The notes under the pieces are model-generated. The model was given only the letters and a program-made list of their open reading frames with translations. It was not told where the DNA came from and made no database searches. A program made the position numbers and the translations under genes. Shown here in pieces: positions 1-11,100 of a stretch of 34,061 nt of DNA. How positions within the stretch are numbered: position 1 is the first letter of the stretch; each line of letters starts with the position of its first letter. The DNA is from Cyanophora paradoxa CCMP329 (taxonomy: Eukaryota; Plantae; Glaucophyta): positions 1 through 34,061 of the forward strand of contig QPMI01000353.1 in assembly GCA_004431415.1 (NCBI GenBank), given 5' to 3'.

Positions 1-42
1 CGTAATTACTTACATAGCTTTGACTCTTTTCGCAAATGCAAT

Positions 43-192
43 TTAGCTGAAAGTCAGTCGCTCTCCTCGCTTCAAGGCTTCTGCTTTTCTGTAGAGGAGT
101 CGAACTTCGGCTTTCTTGATCACGATCCAATGAACATGAGTTGGATCGTCAGAATGTACAACCAGCTGCTCCGCTCCTTCAGCGCTACTACT
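43..192 (-). pseudogene. Degenerate SET-domain C-terminal fragment (putative)
   Basis: Manual translation gives GAEQLVVHSDDPTHVHWIVIKKAEVRLLYRKAEALKRGERLTFS*. This resembles the SET motifs NHSCxPN and GEELTFDY, with TAA where Tyr is expected. No upstream exon could be traced. Confidence 0.35.
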
Positions 193-332
193 AGGTTAGG
201 GCACGTGTAATTATTATAACTCCAGCTTATAATATGATTGTACGCGAATGCTGCCGAGTTGCGCGCTGTACAGCCTGTACTCCGAGTTGCGTTACTGCGA
301 TATAGAGCTGCGAAAATCAAAACTTTCAATTA

Positions 333-1321
333 CTAGTGGCCCGGCCGCGTTTGTCGCGCCGGGGGTGCAAGGGGGGAATCGGGATCTAATGAAAGAGTAG
401 TAGTGGCACGAATATGCACGGGGCAGATGTAGATCGACCCCGGCCCAGCGCGCGCGGCAGGTTGAAGTAGTAAAGATAGACACAGAGCGGCCTCTGGCCC
501 GGCAAGGCTCGGAGCGACGATAGCTAACAGAAGCTGGATCCGTAACGACCGGAAAGCGGCGTGCAGCGGCGCGTCCGGAGGCAGTGCACGTGCCCAGGCC
601 GGGTGGCAGGCGGCGGGGGCGCACGCACGTGCACGCGGCGCAACACAGGGCGCACGCGGGGTGCCGAATGAGCGGACAAGCGCCACGTCGTGCGCAGGAC
701 ACGAACTATAGCTAGTCTGCTGTCCGCGGCCGGGTGCCGATCGCAACAAGAGCGCCGAGCGCCCGGCCCGGCCGGCGTGCGCGGTTCTGCAATATAAGCT
801 CGATATAAGCTCGATATAAGCGCAGCAAGAGAGTACGGTCTAGATCTGGCCGGCCGGGCGTGCTCGGCTGCGATCAGCGCTAGCTGCAGCGGCGCAGGCA
901 GCAACGCAAGCAGTTTCTAGGCGGAAATCTAGACGAGACGTTGTCAGGTAGAGAGAAGTGGTTCCATGCAGAACCGCGCAACGAAGAGCAAGGCGTACGC
1001 GGCGCACTGCAGCTGCGAGGAAGCGGAAATCTAGAGGAGACAGCTAGGGAGAACTGGTTCCATGCAGAACCGCGCAAGGAATTCGAAGACCGGAGTTAGA
1101 GAGAAGTTAGTTTTCCCCTCGAAAACCACGTTTTCCCCTCGAATTCGACGCTCGAAAGTCGAGAGCTGACCGGTTCACCGAGCCAATCGGATCGCGAATA
1201 ACCCACAATTTCGTTGCAAGCTGGCCCTCGAAAACGGCCTCATAGAAAACTTTTGGCTGAAGCGAGGGAACGGGATCCCCCGGAAGCAAGCCTTGAAGGG
1301 GGCCCCCTTCCCCCCTTGCAA
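333..1321 (-). mobile_element. Non-autonomous Helitron/proto-Helentron-like element, copy 1 (989 bp)
   Basis: On the - strand it reads A|TTGCAAGGGGGGAA...TTCCCCCCTTGCA-CCCCCGGCGCG-ACAAA-CGCGGCCGG-GCCACTAG|T. It has a 5' TT, 13-bp subterminal inverted repeats (1308-1320 and 366-378), a GC hairpin, a CTAG 3' end, an A|T site and no TSD. Homology with 19573-20559 stops exactly at these ends. There is an internal ~100-bp-period duplication (921-1077). Confidence 0.8.
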
Positions 1322-1436
1322 TAAAAGCTACAATTGCAGCAGTGCAAGCGCGAAAAATCATAGAAACACACACACATATATATGCGCACTCTCGCGAAAA
1401 CGTATATATATATACGTACGCCCGCCGCTAATTCTC

Positions 1437-1863
1437 AACGGGGGGCAGGCGGGGATGGACTCCTGCGATGTACATGTGCGGTTAGATTCCGTGGCATGCG
1501 CAAAGCGGTGGATTCCGGTTAAATTTTGGCGATGCGGTGGAGTCCGGCCACGCTCGAAAATGAAAATAAACCAATGGCACCGGCTGCGGGAGACGGTCGG
1601 GGCCGGCGGAGCAAAGTTGCTCCGGAAGTGTAGCGGCGAGGGCTCGCTGCGCGCGACCCCAGCGTCATGTTCATGATTAGCCGCGCGGCCGCCGGCGCAC
1701 AGGCACACCGAGCGGCGCTGGATTTTGCGCTTGCCCCGAGGCACGTGCACGGCGAGGGAGAGCGGCTCCTAACGGAGGCGATGTGGCCGGTGGCGAAAGC
1801 GGCCGCGGGGGATCCGGATCCGAAGCCGCTGAACGGATGGCCGAGGTGGCTCTGCGGGCTCAT
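1437..1863 (-). pseudogene. Decayed tandem paralogue of the 5' part of the 2769-4514 gene
   Basis: It shares MSPQ, GSPAAAFA, SVRSRSPSPC and RSEPSPLxFRSNFAPPxPTVSRSR, the same phase-2 intron position and the start of exon 2 (RSPSP vs RTPSP). It has a frameshift and an early stop, and weak upstream similarity (2170-2340 vs 4910-5140). Confidence 0.55.
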
Positions 1864-2768
1864 GATCATGGCTGCGACGGCCACGCGTACGCGTACTCTA
1901 GATCTAGATCTGCAGCTCGCTGCTATTGTCGCCTAAGCCTGCGCTGCTGCGTTTGAGCTCGCGGCACGTACTCTGGACGTCGACGGTCTACTATTACTGG
2001 CGGTTTGCAAGGCTGCGGCCTGCGGGTGCCAGGATTGCAGGGCTGCAAGACTGACGTCGACAGCGGCTGCTGCAGCTGATGGCTGCTGATCCTGAGCGCG
2101 CGGCGGTGAGCGCTGCTCCGCTAGCGCTCTACCCCGCCGGGGCCGCCCCCGCCGCCCCGCCGCCCGCCCGGGGTTCAACGTCAAGACCACGCGTGACCTG
2201 ACGACGGCTCCGATGACTGCGACGCGGCGATGCCGTGATGCTTCGAGCCCTCGAGCTCCGATGACGGTGACGCGCGAGTTTTCAAGTTGCATGATCAAGT
2301 TTCGAAGCTGCGCATGCGCGTGGCTGCGCCGTGGCATGCGCGGCGCGTGCACACTTCAAAATGTCATGATCATTGGATGCTTCGAAAATTGAAAGCGAAC
2401 TGTGATTTGGCGACTAACTGAATCGACGAAGGAAAGGCAATAATGCAGCCATTGCAGATTTACAGCACACTACGCCGGGCCGGGCCCACTGGTGGGTCCC
2501 GGCCGAGATCTTGATCTAGACACAGAATCTGCAGCGCGAGCTGGGTGAAAATAAAGGTGAAACGATATACTAACTGCCTCTGACTGAGAAAAAGAGAAAA
2601 GCGAGCTGGACGACATGATAGACTGCGTCTGACTGCATTTAAATTAATTTTTGCAACGTAGCTATTTGTAAAGAGTTAACGATTTATTCCGAAGTTCCTT
2701 TCGAGCGCTTTTGCGCCCAGAAAGCAACGCCAGCTCGAACGCCCGGTCGTGGAACCGACAGGAAAGGT

Positions 2769-4514
2769 CTACATATGACTGTAGTCGGCATGCGAGGCGG
2801 CGCCGGCCGCGTCCCCGCCGGCAGCGGCGGCGCGGATCCCCCGCTCCGACTTGTGCGTCTCCGGCTCGTCCACCTCGACGTAGTCGATGAAGGTCTGGAG
2901 GTTGTGGAGCGCCTTCTCCGCCGCGGGGCTCAGGTGCGCGTGCGGGTGCGCTACGCAGTCCGGCACGTGCAGGCCCCCTGCAGGCGCCGCCCGTTGGGAA
3001 TTAGTTTCGCGGCCCGGCCGGCCCGCGCGCGGCCGCGGACGCCGGCCCCGCCGCCGCGCGCACCGAACGGCTGGATGTGGGCGGCACAGTGCGCGTGAGT
3101 GTGCGCGCCGATGCCGACGGCGTGCGCCGCAGCGGCCGCCGCGTGCTGCAGGGGCTCCGCCAGGTGCGCCAGCGCTGTTTCACGCCGAAGCGACTCAGCC
3201 GCCTGGAGGAGCGGTGAATGGGGGCGGCTGCGCACCGGAGGCGGCCGCGCTGCCGACGCTGGCGGCCTCCGCCGCGACCATGTGCACCAGGGTGGGGTCG
3301 AGGGCCTGGGGAGGGCTCAGAGGGCGCAAGGAGCTGCGACGGGGCAGCGGCCGCGGGCACCTGAGCGAACTCGACGCCAGAGCTCACTTGCTTCATTGCG
3401 CAGACCGCGACCTGACGCCCCGGGGGTCGGCGGAGCCCCGGCCGGTCGGGCGGAGGAGCTGGCGGCACCTGGATGTAGGGCAGAGCGGTCAGGGCGCCGG
3501 CGAGGACGGCCGTGGCCATGCCGCGGGACGGGTCCGTCAGGGCGGCGGCGGCGGCGGCGGGCTCGGGATCGGAGGCGGGCTCGTTGTCGGAGGGGAGGAG
3601 CGGGGCGGCGGCGGCGACGTGGTTGTGGCGGTGGCCGCCGCCGCATCCGGCGGAGGCGGCGCCGTCGTCGGCCGCGCCGTCGTCGGCGAGCAGAGCGTCG
3701 TCGAGGCTCGAGCGGCGCTCGCGGCGGGCGGCCGCGGGCGGCTCGAGGCTCAGCGGGGGCGTGCAGCGGAGGACGGGGGCAGAGTCTTTCCGCGACCCGA
3801 ATGGAGCCGAAAGTTCCGGTTCGGAACCCAAGCGGCGCTGCAGGCAGTTGAGGGGGACCGAGAGGCTGCGCGAATGTGAGCCGAAAGTGCCAAAAATTGC
3901 GAATTTCAAAGAAATGGCGGGGCGCACATGTCGGAGAGGCCCTCGAGGGAGCGGGAGCGCGTCATTCCCGAGGAGGGCGCCTCCGGGGCCAGAGAGGCGG
4001 CGCAGGCCGCGGCCGGGCGCGTGGGGCGCGGCGCCACGAGCCGCGTCGGGGCGGCGCCGTCGTCCGTTGTAAAGCCGATTCCGAAGGCCGCGGGGATAGG
4101 CGACGGAGTCCTGTGCGGTGCGATGCGCTCAGTGACGTGAGCGCTCATGATCATGGAGACATGTCAAGTCCGGGTTTAGGCCTCGGCGGCGCCGCACCGG
4201 CTGCGGGAGACGGTCGGAACTGGAGGCGCAAAGTTGCTCCGGAAGCGCAGCGGCGAGGGCTCGCTGCGCAGGGGCACAGCGTCGACGTCAGCGGCCGCGG
4301 CCGCGTGGGCGCGCGCGTGCGGCCGCGGGTCACACCGAGAGGCGCTGGACCTGGCGCTCGCGCCGATGCACGGCGAGGGCGAGCGGCTCCGCACGGACGA
4401 GCCGCCGGCGAATGGGCTCACGGCAAAAGCGGCCGCGGGGGAGCTGCCGCTGCCGCTGGAGCCGGCGGAGGCGCGGCCGAAGAGCGACAGCGTCTCTTTG
4501 ATCTGCGGGCTCAT
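2769..4514 (-). CDS. Multi-exon (about 7) Ser/Ala/Pro-rich hypothetical protein
   Basis: GT-AG introns at 4111-4197, 3866-3927, 3412-3468 and 3306-3360, plus two more near 3205 and 2978-3063, join MSPQIKETL...SR|TPSPIPAAF...LSDI|LSVPLNCLQ...PYIQ|VAVCAMKQVSSGVEFAQ|ALDPTL..|AAESLRRETALAH...PFG|GLHVPDCVAHPH...DYSHM* in frame. One donor site (exon 5) is ambiguous. Confidence 0.6.
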
Positions 4515-5561
4515 CGCTGCTGCTTGCGTTGTTTGCGATGCTGGCTAGGCCTGCTGTGCGCAAAAGGAATCGAATTCAGCCGCGCGCGCGGCCGACGTAT
4601 ACGTACAGGCTCGAACTCACGACGGCGCGCTCTCAGGCTTAAGCTTGCGCGGACTCCGGGATCGCTAAGTTTAGACGGTCTCTTGTCTGCAGCTCTCTAA
4701 ATGCGCTCTAGATCTGTCTGCAGGTGGGCGAACTGCCGAAGCTGAAAATGTGCGCCAAGGCTCTGAGCTCCAGCACGCGCGCCGGTGCCACGTGTCTTCT
4801 ACCGGTACCGGTCGCAGCACGCGTGCGCCTTCCGCGCTCGCCAGCTGTGAGCCTTCAGACTGCTCCGAGCCTGCTCGATCCGAGCCTCCGACGTCGACCC
4901 GGCGAGCGGGGGTCGACGTCAAGCTCACAGCGGTGGCAGGACGGGTACCGCCTCGAAATTGTCAACCTCGAGTTTCGAAGGGAGAAACTATCATGTGAAG
5001 ACGGCAAAAAATGACGGTTCATCGGATCGTCACGGCGTCACCGCCCTCACAGCGTCCGGCCGGGCGGCAGAGCGGCCAGAGCCTGCCGCGGAGGAGCGCT
5101 GCACCTGCGCATGCCGCGCGCAGGATGCGCATGCGTAGCTATAGCTATAGGCTGCGTAGCGCACTGCAGCAGGCAGCGCAGGACGCCGCGCCGCGCGCAG
5201 GCAGCGCAGGGCGCCGCGCCGCGAGTGGGTAGCTATAGCTACGGTTTCCGTAGCTCTACGTACGTATACTAGGCTCGAGCTCAGCGGCTAGCACGCGCCG
5301 GCAGGAGCGCCAACTTCAAGCTTAGGTTGTGCCGCTGTACAACTGCAGCACGGACTCTAGATCTGAAAAGCTGGCACGCGTGCACGCCTGGCTAGCACTA
5401 GCTATAGCTGCGGCAGCTGTCGCAGTGCGCATGCATATGCCGCAGTGCAGACCGACCCGCTGGGGCCAGCTAGTGCTCGAGCACCGCCAGCTGTACATAT
5501 ACATCTAGATCTCGGCCCGGCCCCTGATCGGGAGGGCGCGCGGGGCGGGGCGGGCGTGCAA

Positions 5562-6170
5562 GACCGGCTGCTGATCATGAACGCGCTGAACATTGCCTCC
5601 CTCGCCGTCAACCTCTTCACCGTCTACTGTCCGCGCCACCCCGCCCCGCCCCGCCCCGCCCCGCCCCGCCCCCGTGGCCTCCGGCTGCAGACCCGACCCG
5701 CCCGCCCCCGCCCCGGCCGCGCAGGCGGCCGCGGGATGCTCTACCGCACGACAGCGCCCGCCGCCGCCAGCGTGCGCCCTCCCCGCCCCGCCCCGCCCCG
5801 TGCGGCCGACGCGCGGGCAGGAGACGGGGGTGACGGCGCTGGCGGTGCTCTTCGCCGTCGCCGTCCTCTTCCGCGCCGTCCTCCTCCTCGCCTTCAAGAA
5901 GGCCCGCGACCGCCTCCTCGACTCGCGCCTCGTCCGCTTGCTCGCTGATGCGCGACCGCGAGCAGATCCCGTTCGTGAACAGGTACGGGCCGCTGAAGAA
6001 GGCGCTGCGCTACGTATACACGAGCCACAAGGAGGGGCACTTCGCCGAGCTGCGGCGCTAGCGGCGACCGGCCGGGCTCAGGCGATGCGACGCACGCGTC
6101 CGCCGGGTCCGCGGCTGACGCCCGCGCCTCCGACAGGCGCTCTCGCGCGTGGCGGAGCTCAACGCCAAGG
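5562..6170 (+). pseudogene. C-terminal exons of a multi-pass membrane protein (fragment)
   Basis: Exon-like blocks DRLL(IM)NALNIASLAVNLFTVY, GGRGMLYRTT, ETGVTALAVLFAVAVLFRAVLLLAFKKARDRLLD and YGPLKKALRYVYTSHKE are separated by CCCCG-rich introns. There is no upstream exon on this strand. Confidence 0.5.
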
Positions 6171-7124
6171 CGAGTCGACGTTGCCTGACGATTGCGAATT
6201 CGGCTGCATTTGCGGCGTGGGTCGCTCATGATCATGGGGGTCGCTCACTCTCGGGTCGGAGAAGGGCCCGCGGCCACAGGGGCCGGGACGGCGGCGGGTG
6301 GAAGGGGAGCATGCACTGGCCCCGCGTGGGACGACCTCAGCGTGCACGACCTGGCGGCGACGCCGTCGTAGCAATTGATTGCGACGATCGAGATGCGGGG
6401 GCGGGCCGGCGGAGCCTGGGATCCCGTCCCGCCAGCGCGCAGCGGCCTGGGATCCCGTCCCGCGACGCGCTCGGGGTTCCAGATTGAGAGCATGCGCAGT
6501 TGCAGCCAGCCCAGCGGCCGGCACCAGCGGCGGCGGCGGCGGCGGGTGCGCGCGGCCTCGAGGGGCCCCGGGCCGGCCCTGCCGCGCCCCGCACGTCGTG
6601 AACGCGTAGACTGCCCCCCCCCCCCCCCCCCCCCCGGGTCCCCGCTCCTCCCCCCCCCCCGGCCCGCCCGCCCCCCGCGGCGCACCTGGCTAGGGGCCTC
6701 CTTTTGAGATCAGCGTTCGGCTGCGGCGCTCGGCGCTCAGCGGTCGGCGGTATCGCTGCAGGTCATTACGTTGAATTCGATTGATCATGACACAGTGACA
6801 TTTCGCATATCGGCGAAGGGAGTACTAGTGGAACATGTACACGTACAATAACAACTATATTGGGACGGCAATCATGATCATGAAGGGATCCGGATCCGGA
6901 ATGGAACTATAGAAATTGGGGAAGGCAATCGGAAGGAGGGGGGGCCAGAGCGCTCGAGTTTAAGGTGCCGGGCTCGGGGCGATCGCGCGACCGCTCGCTC
7001 ACTCGCTCGCCTGGAAGGGCAGCACGTAGAGGTCCACGCAGGCGTCTGAGTCGAGTGACTCGATTCCCCTTGCAGTCAGCCACTGAGCTGCTGCGGCTGC
7101 GGGGCGCGGGGCGCGGGCGCGCAC

Positions 7125-7500
7125 TGAGGACGAAGAAGCTGAAGGCAAGGGTGACAAGGGCGAGCTCGCCGGGCACGTGCATGCGCAGGTCCGTCATGAA
7201 CATGAACACGCCTCACAGAAGTAGGCGGGGCGGCGGTAGCACTCGAAGATGAACGAGTACCGGAGGCAGCACCGGGAGCTGCGCTGCAGCTGGCCAGCGC
7301 CCCGCCCCGCCCCCGCCGCAGGATCCGCATCCACAGCAGCGGGAACCCCACGACGACGACCGCGATGCCTGCAGGGTCGCAATCGCGACCGACAGGCCTT
7401 AGGCTCCGCTGCGAAAGGAGGAAGGGCTCGAGCGCACGCACCGGGGAGGCCGAGGGCGACGAGCCAGGCGACGTGCCCCGCCGAGAAGTAGGCCGTGCCC
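7125..7500 (-). pseudogene. Internal exons of a multi-pass membrane protein (fragment, frameshifted)
   Basis: Reads GTAYFSAGHVAWLVALGLPG|IAVVVVGFPLLWMRILRR...RYSFIFECYRRPAYFCE...VFMFMTDLRMHVPGELALVTLAFSFFVL with a clean GT-AG intron, frameshifts and an apparent deletion. By eye it resembles the H..G+PG..G+P / RYGFL..Y..Y+WE motifs of the C-terminal TM region common in algal/protist surface receptors. Confidence 0.5.
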
Positions 7501-8174
7501 TTGCGAGGGGCGAGCGAGTCGCTCGGACACGGACAGACTCTAGATCTGAGATCTAGATGCTCGCCCATTCCGGTGCGCCTCTTCTGTCTTTTTCGGGAAT
7601 TTTTCTTTCTCGAAACCTGCATTCGCGAGCCGTCGCGGCTTGCAAATGGAGCTGGGATGTAAATCCAATTCGTCGGCTTGAATGGAAGCCAGTTTCGGTG
7701 CAGCCGTCCATTGGGATTTCAATCCCGGCTCCAAGCCGACAAAGCGCCATCTCCTGCTTCAGCCTTGCATGCGCGAGGTGCGCTTGGAACTAGTCTGGGA
7801 TGAAGTTCATGTGCCTCATCTTTTCCGAATGAAGCCGAGTGCAGAGTCTCCTCCCTCCAATTCATTTCTGTACATGTGTTTGTGCCCGAAAACGTGCGAT
7901 ACAGGCAAAATGAGGCCGATTTTCGGGATCCCAGAGGCCAGAAATGGGGTAGTAGGTCGACGCTTTTGTATTTGTTTTTGATGGCGGCGGCAAACTATGC
8001 CAGCTGCACTGCCACTGCCACTGCAGCTGTTCGATGATATATCGACGCGCGCAGGAAGAGAAGCGCACTGGAAGAGAAGCGCATACCTAGCACTCGCCGC
8101 CGTGCACGGAAGCATTCTGGGTCTCGCTAAATCTAACGTTAACCGTTGCAATCCGATCTACCCGTACGCGGCGC

Positions 8175-11100
8175 TTAGAATTCGAGCAAGGCAAACAGCA
8201 TGGCCCCCGTCGCCACTGCGAGGCTGAAAAAAACGCCAATAAATCCATGCAGCTGCGAAAGCGGACGGTCGTCAGCATCTGCAAATCAGATGTTGTCATT
8301 CAAGAGGTCTTAGTTTTAATTCGGCGCACCTTGCGGCTTTTCGTGCTCGCATTCAGAAGAGGCATCAAAGGCGGGTTCGATGTCACGCTCTCCGGGGTCC
8401 AACGGAAAGACTGAGTGCAATGCGAATTCGAATTTGAATTGTTTGCAGTCAGATGCAGCCGCAGCGCTGCGGCGCGTCTACCTATGCGCAATAAATGCGT
8501 GCCGGTTCCGCGAACCTTTTTGATTACAATCGGAGCGGCGACGTTGGGTTGCTCAATTCGAATGTTGTACTGCTCCGATCTCGGTTAATTCGAGTCAAGC
8601 GAAAACGTCTGCTACTGCAATATGCGCTTGACCAGAACGCACGTCCTGACCGACGATTTGCAAGGTGCTGCGCCGCCTCGAGCTCGAATTCAAGAAAGGC
8701 GGAGAAGCTGCGTAGGCGAATGCGTGCATAGTGAGCTCGCGATCGAGAGAAATGAAATGCGAACTCTAAATACAAGTGTATATATAACACAAAAGAGCTT
8801 CAATTGGACTAAAGAAGCTTTTTTGTCATGCTTATTAACATGAACAAGTTCAAATGCTGCGCACTAAATTGCAGGACAGTCAGGCCGGTGAACGGGGCAG
8901 CGGTTGCGTTGTATATCACCACATCCGATGCTTTCTTCTTGAATGTATTACCTTCATCTGTTATGTAAACTTGAACCTGCTGTCCGGGCTGCCGCAGTGC
9001 GAGTACGTATACGTATTCAACAGCCAAGTTCGGGCATCGAATGGAACGTTAACGGCTGCGTCGATGGACGTTGAGAACATTCACCTGAAGGATGCCATGC
9101 ACGGGGATGATCTTTGTTTCGAATTTTGTCTGGCAAAGAAGAATGCAGTAAGAACAAAGCAGTGTCATGAGCCGAACGCGTATTAAATACAGCAGTGCAA
9201 GACGAAGATCGCACTTGTGGCACGGAGACGAAGGAAACAGGAAGGGTAACCGTGTAAACTTTCGTGCCATCCAGCTCCTGCGCAAACGAATGAGTTTAAA
9301 CCAACTTCACATATACGAAGCAGCCGGACGGGTGGACACAGACCATTTCCGCTTTGAAATCTTGAACCGTAAACTGCTCTAGTTTTAATTTCGCGAACCA
9401 AGATTATACACAAAGGAACTGTCGAGATCTAGAGTGCTCGCCGTGGTTGATCCAACAATAACCTCAATGGTTGTGCCGGAGGCTCCGCCGGTTGCGATTG
9501 CAATGAATGCCTGTAACGAAGTCGCGAAATATTCGCGCAAAGCCATATGCATTCATTCGAACCGGAGGAGGAAGCTCGGGGGTCAGGACCGCAGGGGACG
9601 CGTACGGTGTCGGTGCAGTCGCCGCCTGCACACAATCGCGGGCGACAAAATTAAACCAGTGATCACGATTAGAATAGAACAATTGACTAGGAGACGCGAT
9701 TGCGCCGCGGCGAATATTATATTAAAGTTCGTTCACTATTCAGTTTATAGAACGAAAAGTATGGAAACGGGACCTGGCTTGGAGACGGAGAGGACGACGC
9801 AGACGGACTCGGAGTCGCCGTCGCGGATGCGTGATCATGAGCCGCGGGGGTCGGCGTCGCGAACGGGGATGGGCCGGCGCTCGGTGTCGGGCTGTGAAAT
9901 CAAAGTTAATCATGAGATGTACATGCTTTCGTGCCATTAATATTCCGATAAATGGAATCATCGCGATCAGACCTCGGGCTGGCGCTGGCCTCGGGAAGAG
10001 GCGACGGCGATGGCGACGAAGTCGCTAAAGGCGAGGGCGAGGGCGAGGACGACGGCGAAGGGGACGGCGAAGGCGTCGGGATGCAGCTCGCTGGTCGCTC
10101 ATGATCATGATCAGGGCTTAATCGAGATCGGACAACTTAATAATTATTGATGTTGGCAGCCGTGGGCAAGTGTGACGCACTGACTGATATGGATGTGTTG
10201 AACCCTATAAAGGTGCCGGCAGTTCTCGTTTCGCCCGCACCTCCAGAATCAGCCATGAAAGTGATCAGATATTCTTTAGCGCCTTCTCCATCCGACGGGT
10301 CGAAGGGATCAACAGGGAGAGTGGGGAGGTACACCCCCGTCCCCAGTCCTGTGAACGCTCCATAGCGGAAGCCGCTCGCGGAATATGTGGTGTTGCTGGC
10401 CGGCTGCAGGGCCTTTGCCGGGTTGGTGCCTCGAAGATTCGGCCTGATTTTAAAAATCTGCTCGAATATTAATTCGAAAGCGCAGTTCATGTTCATGATC
10501 GGACATGTTCATGATTTAGCAAGACATCGAAACAATGCACACATGGAGCAGATCGGCGTTTTCTTGAATGTTCAGCGCTGTGAGGGATAAGGATAGATTT
10601 CCATCTAAACAGGCAGGACCGAGCTTGATGTGCCTGATCGTGGCATAAGCTTCCGGACAAGACACGCAGCTCCGAAGCTAAAGCTTAAGCTCAAGCTTCA
10701 TGATGCGGCACTCTATGCATATGAGACGTTCGTGACCGACCAAACACGGAGGAGGCAATCTGAGTACAGAAGATTTCTGCCGATGCTGGTTGAGCTCGCG
10801 ATGAAATCGACGAGCGAAGCCGCTGTTGTAGGCATTCCGGGGCTGACGAGCACTTCAGTCGACCCGAATCCCGCCCCTGATCCCGATCATGCGGTGAGAT
10901 GAACTTAACCATGAGGTCTGGAAATGCAGTCTCTTGCGCAACGCATATGCAACATATATACTTCGGGCGCAATCTTCTAATTATAATCACGTATTCATAC
11001 GCGAAAATATTGCTCGCTCGGAATTTGCGGTTTCGAGCACCTCCACTGACAGTAGACGGAGTGAAATAGGATCCATCCGCCTCGCAGTTGTGCAGCGCCA

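Noticed and set aside
2887-4700. Long + strand ORFs (330, 250 and 274 aa) and similar Arg/Gly/Pro/Ala-rich ORFs at 25705-27927 and 28758-29840
   Set aside because: They are antisense or off-frame shadows of spliced genes, or products of GC-rich repeats that lack stop codons, and they show no recognisable domains.
7553-7990. Possible nuclease-like coding remnant on the - strand (SHVFGHKH..., NWLPFKPTNWIYIP)
   Set aside because: It has multiple stops and frameshifts and no motif I can assign with confidence.
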